DNA from: a virus
Taxonomy: Duplodnaviria; Caudoviricetes
Virus record (IMG/VR): IMGVR_UViG_3300020042_008368
Coordinates: 1-24,418 of that record
Length of the DNA: 24,418 nucleotides
Direction: 5' to 3' (one strand)
The notes below the pieces were generated by a model. That model was not told where the DNA came from. It ran no database searches and saw only the letters and a program-made list of their open reading frames with translations. The position numbers and the translations under genes were made by a program. Positions 21,145-24,418 of this stretch are shown one piece after another (within the stretch, counting starts at the first letter, position 1; each line of letters opens with the position of its first letter).

Positions 21145-24100
21145 TTAATCGCTCTTCTTGCCCGTTATTAATCCTCGAGCAAAATCTATAGGACCAGACG
21201 GCTCAGTATCACCCTTGCTTACGTCGATTAAATATCCGGTAGGTTTACCCAGCGGACCTATTGGTAATTGTGTCGCAATTCCTAAGAACTGCAATATATC
21301 CTTGGTTACTTTTTTATCGTTCTCTGCATCGTTAATTATATTTTCATAAAGTTGCTTGGGAACTCCAGCTAGAGTTTCTAAAGTACTCACTGCCGGAGAA
21401 AGTGTCAGACGATCGTCATATCTTTTTTCGTTGAATTGGTTTATGCCGGCATTCACAAGCTGCCCAACAATAGGCACAAGCGCAGTTGCTGTTCTAAATT
21501 GTGCACCAAAAAATGCGTTCAATGCGTCATCAAGATATTCTTCATCGTCATCTTCATCAAACTTTCCAGCCATGCCCTTGACTAGAATCTCTGATAAAAC
21601 CGCAGGGAGCATGAACGCCGTAAGATATACATAGAACATCTTACCTGCACCCTTCTTTAATCCTAGTTCCCTATGGGCCTTAATGAGCTCGCCAGCATTA
21701 AGATTTGCAAGCATGTTAAAGTACCCAGTAAACTGCAAGAACATCGCCCTTGTTTGGGTGCCAGTCTCCATAGCAGAAACATCTTCAGGATTCTTAGTGC
21801 CTTGAGTTAAACGAACAGCCTTGTCGGCCATTCTTATTGCATCATTTTCGTTTAGCTTTTCTTCAATGGCTTGGTTGTAGGCGCCAGTCCACACAACGTT
21901 GTTGACTATATTCTGAGCTGCTGTCTGTAAAAAATATGTGTGACGGGATACGAAGTCTTGGAACTTCTCAAACGTAGATGGGTTTATGAGGATCTTCTTT
22001 ATAGCCTCATTACTCTCAACAATGTTTGATTCTTGGTTAGCGCGCATCCACTCTGACTTGCTTGTCACAGTCTCAGTTGTTGCACTCGTATTATTAATGT
22101 AGCTAACTAAGCCATTTCGAATATGCCTTGGCTTAACCTTGCTCATCGCAACAACCATCCCAGTAAACTGCTGCAATGTATTTGTTACGTTACCCACCAT
22201 GATTTGCATGGCAGTAGACTTTCTTAAAAACTTAGCGGCAGCATCTATTGCTTTCCCGACTCCATCACTGGAGGGAAGAATAATGCTTTGCTTTGCTGTT
22301 CTCTGTAGCCAAGGGATGAGCATGTCAGAGGCAAGCGTTGGATCAAGAGTAGCAAGAGAAGCTCTGAAGGCTTTGTCGTTTATGATCCTAAAAACTTCTT
22401 TTACCTTCGGCTCAATATAGCTAAACCGAAGCACACTATCGATATGATTGCCGAGCAAAGACATATCCAAGGAGAGAGGGGCCGAATAAGAATCCACGCG
22501 ATTCTTAGTGAATCCACGACCAGTGGTGGGAAACTGGAAGCTATTATTTCCATTCTCGAAATCCTCTCGCTCCTGACGAATCTTCGCATCTTCGCTCTCA
22601 TAGACATCAACCTTAGCCGGAACGTACCCACCCCTATAGTTGCCAAACGGAGTTACTATCTCATCAGCCGTTATCTCGTTAAAGTAATGCCCATGCATTG
22701 CACGATGCGCTTTCTGCGCCTCAGGCTTTAAAGTCTCAAGAAGATCCCAAACACTTTGAGCTAAATCATAATCCGCCTTAGTGAGTACACCTTCCTTTTG
22801 CATTCTAGAAATGAACCTATCCCAACGACTCGAATCAAGGTTACCCTCATTGTCGATGTCGCCCCACCCATATCCTCGAAGGAGTTTTGATTTATTAGAT
22901 TCGTTTCCAGTATGCAGCAACGCCATTATAAGATGCGTCTTGTCTTTGAAATCCACACCAAGCTCTGCAGCCTTTATCGGATTTCTATCCTTTAAAGTCT
23001 TGCCCCACTCGGTAATAAGCTTTTCATAATCACCGATCCGCTTAGCTTTTTCTATCCTATATTTATTAACCGCATCACTAATGGGTTCCCATAAATATTT
23101 AGTAAACGGCCCGCGTCCCCCATCAAGAGTGTCTGCCCAATGCTCAACTCTCTTCAACGAAGAAGTCAAAGCTAGAAGAGTCATCTTACCCTTGGGCTTC
23201 TCACCAAGGACTTTATCTTGAGCCTTCTTATCTTTAGAAGTTACGTCTCCAATTCGAGACTGCATCTCAAGTATGGCTTCTTGCTTATCTAGCTTTCTCC
23301 CATCGATCTCAATAGTCTTCACGTCTCTCGATAGAGTCCACAAAGAATCAGACATAAGCATGAGCTCTTGGAAGTCTGCATAGTCAATGTTCTGGTAATC
23401 ATCTGCTTTCTTTAGAAGGTCAGATACCATCTCGCTCATTGTTGCATAGGCGTCTGGATTATATTCTTTTAAAGACTTCAGATATTGATCTGCTGTTTTT
23501 TCTACTGGTCGAGACAATCCATACTCAGCAAGCACAGCTCTAGCCGTATTGACGAGATCCATGTCTCTGACTTTTGCGAGGTCTTCATCTTTTTTAAAGA
23601 ATCTCTTTGTCTTATCTAGCTGTTCGTCAACTTTCTCGCTGGCTGCAAGTGTTGCTCTATAGAGCTCATGATTAAGGAGCTCTCTTCTTTTTGCCTCAAG
23701 AGCCTGCTCAAAGTCACCCTTTGCCCAAGCATCTGCTGCTTGTCTGGCTGCTTTAACTTCGGCTCTTTGATAAATGTAGGGCTTAAGCTCTCCGACAGAT
23801 TTGTTGTCGATCATTCTTTCGGCAACACGTCGGACATCTTTCTGAGCAGGAACACGTTTGATTAATCTTTTTGTGAGTTCTTTGTTTTCTTTAGGAGCAT
23901 TCTTGGCGATGAGCTCAGCTTCAAGCTGTAAAAGCTTAGCCTGTGAATCGTTATGTAAAGAGTTAAGTGCTTCCTCAGAAAGCTGAGTAGAACCCTGAAG
24001 CTCTGGGAAACTCTCCTTCATCCTTTGTTCGGTTACAGTATTTATCAACGATTCCTTAGATGGAATATTTTGCAAGAGATCCAGTAGCTCTCCGCCATTA

Positions 24101-24417
24101 TTAAAGCCTAAGGCCTGGGCGGCAACATCAGGGTGTACGCCAGCGTCTTTAGAGAAGATCCCTCTAGGAAGAAGACGTGCAATCTCTGGGTCAATAGCTC
24201 TTCTGTCTAACTTTAATTCCGGAGTTCCTTCAGGCAGCGCACTTCCATCAGGACGAGTGCCATCACGTAAAACGTAATAAGCTTTAAAGGCTGGAGCTTC
24301 GTTAACTTCTTTCTCAACTTGTGCCTGCACCTCAGATTTTTTAGCCCTATATTCAGCAGTCTTTTTCCTGTTCTCTTCTTTTAAAAGCTTAGCAGTTAAA
24401 ATATTTCGAGCTTCATC
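21145..24417 (-). CDS. Large internal virion (ejection) protein, 5' partial
   Basis: The frame stays open from the window edge (DEARNILTAKLLKEENRKK...). More than 1090 aa, helical, directly upstream of the tail fibre as in T7/BPP-1-type gene order. Confidence 0.75.
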   Translation of the reverse strand, partial: DEARNILTAKLLKEENRKKTAEYRAKKSEVQAQVEKEVNEAPAFKAYYVLRDGTRPDGSALPEGTPELKLDRRAIDPEIARLLPRGIFSKDAGVHPDVAAQALGFNNGGELLDLLQNIPSKESLINTVTEQRMKESFPELQGSTQLSEEALNSLHNDSQAKLLQLEAELIAKNAPKENKELTKRLIKRVPAQKDVRRVAERMIDNKSVGELKPYIYQRAEVKAARQAADAWAKGDFEQALEAKRRELLNHELYRATLAASEKVDEQLDKTKRFFKKDEDLAKVRDMDLVNTARAVLAEYGLSRPVEKTADQYLKSLKEYNPDAYATMSEMVSDLLKKADDYQNIDYADFQELMLMSDSLWTLSRDVKTIEIDGRKLDKQEAILEMQSRIGDVTSKDKKAQDKVLGEKPKGKMTLLALTSSLKRVEHWADTLDGGRGPFTKYLWEPISDAVNKYRIEKAKRIGDYEKLITEWGKTLKDRNPIKAAELGVDFKDKTHLIMALLHTGNESNKSKLLRGYGWGDIDNEGNLDSSRWDRFISRMQKEGVLTKADYDLAQSVWDLLETLKPEAQKAHRAMHGHYFNEITADEIVTPFGNYRGGYVPAKVDVYESEDAKIRQEREDFENGNNSFQFPTTGRGFTKNRVDSYSAPLSLDMSLLGNHIDSVLRFSYIEPKVKEVFRIINDKAFRASLATLDPTLASDMLIPWLQRTAKQSIILPSSDGVGKAIDAAAKFLRKSTAMQIMVGNVTNTLQQFTGMVVAMSKVKPRHIRNGLVSYINNTSATTETVTSKSEWMRANQESNIVESNEAIKKILINPSTFEKFQDFVSRHTYFLQTAAQNIVNNVVWTGAYNQAIEEKLNENDAIRMADKAVRLTQGTKNPEDVSAMETGTQTRAMFLQFTGYFNMLANLNAGELIKAHRELGLKKGAGKMFYVYLTAFMLPAVLSEILVKGMAGKFDEDDDEEYLDDALNAFFGAQFRTATALVPIVGQLVNAGINQFNEKRYDDRLTLSPAVSTLETLAGVPKQLYENIINDAENDKKVTKDILQFLGIATQLPIGPLGKPTGYLIDVSKGDTEPSGPIDFARGLITGKKSD

Positions 24418-24418
24418 C

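Larger units (their letters stand above)
1..24418. mobile_element. Fragment of a tailed phage genome (BPP-1/T7-like podovirus-type virion module), no host genes visible
   Basis: Terminase, portal, scaffold, capsid, tail fibre, endolysin/spanins and phage-type replication/recombination genes fill the window. There are no housekeeping genes and no att site. Confidence 0.95.

Noticed and set aside
21158-23865. Short ORFs overlapping the large internal virion protein gene
   Set aside because: Shadow ORFs of a long gene, with no independent signals.
1-24418. Alternative genetic code or stop-codon recoding
   Set aside because: Core genes are full length under the standard code, and TAA, TAG and TGA all end tightly packed genes.

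Overview
The whole window is part of a tailed dsDNA phage genome with a Bordetella BPP-1/T7-like (podovirus-type) virion module, probably infecting a Gram-negative host. The minus-strand head operon runs terS, terL, GNAT, portal, scaffold, major capsid (7458 down to 1). A second minus-strand late block runs large internal virion protein (partial), six-repeat tail fibre, two companion genes, lysis cassette (24418 down to 16511). Between them lies what looks like the complete early/accessory region (7496-16514). It holds a RecU-like resolvase, three perfect DnaA boxes, an iteron-containing replication initiator plus a partner protein, an ERF recombinase, and many small genes, about six of them encoding exported proteins. 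I see no integrase, repressor, DNA/RNA polymerase or reverse transcriptase there. Most notable: (1) two adjacent exported-protein genes each have a ~100-120 nt element closed by TTCGGGC...GCCCGAA sitting between codon 4 and the signal-peptide core; (2) several other closed RNA structures sit on short ORFs, including a candidate leader-peptide switch before erf; (3) the tail fibre propeller has blades mosaically identical at DNA level; (4) the first 88 bases are an inverted copy of the capsid 3' end joined through a 5-bp microhomology, most likely an artefact. All product calls rest on motifs recognised by eye; no database searches were run.
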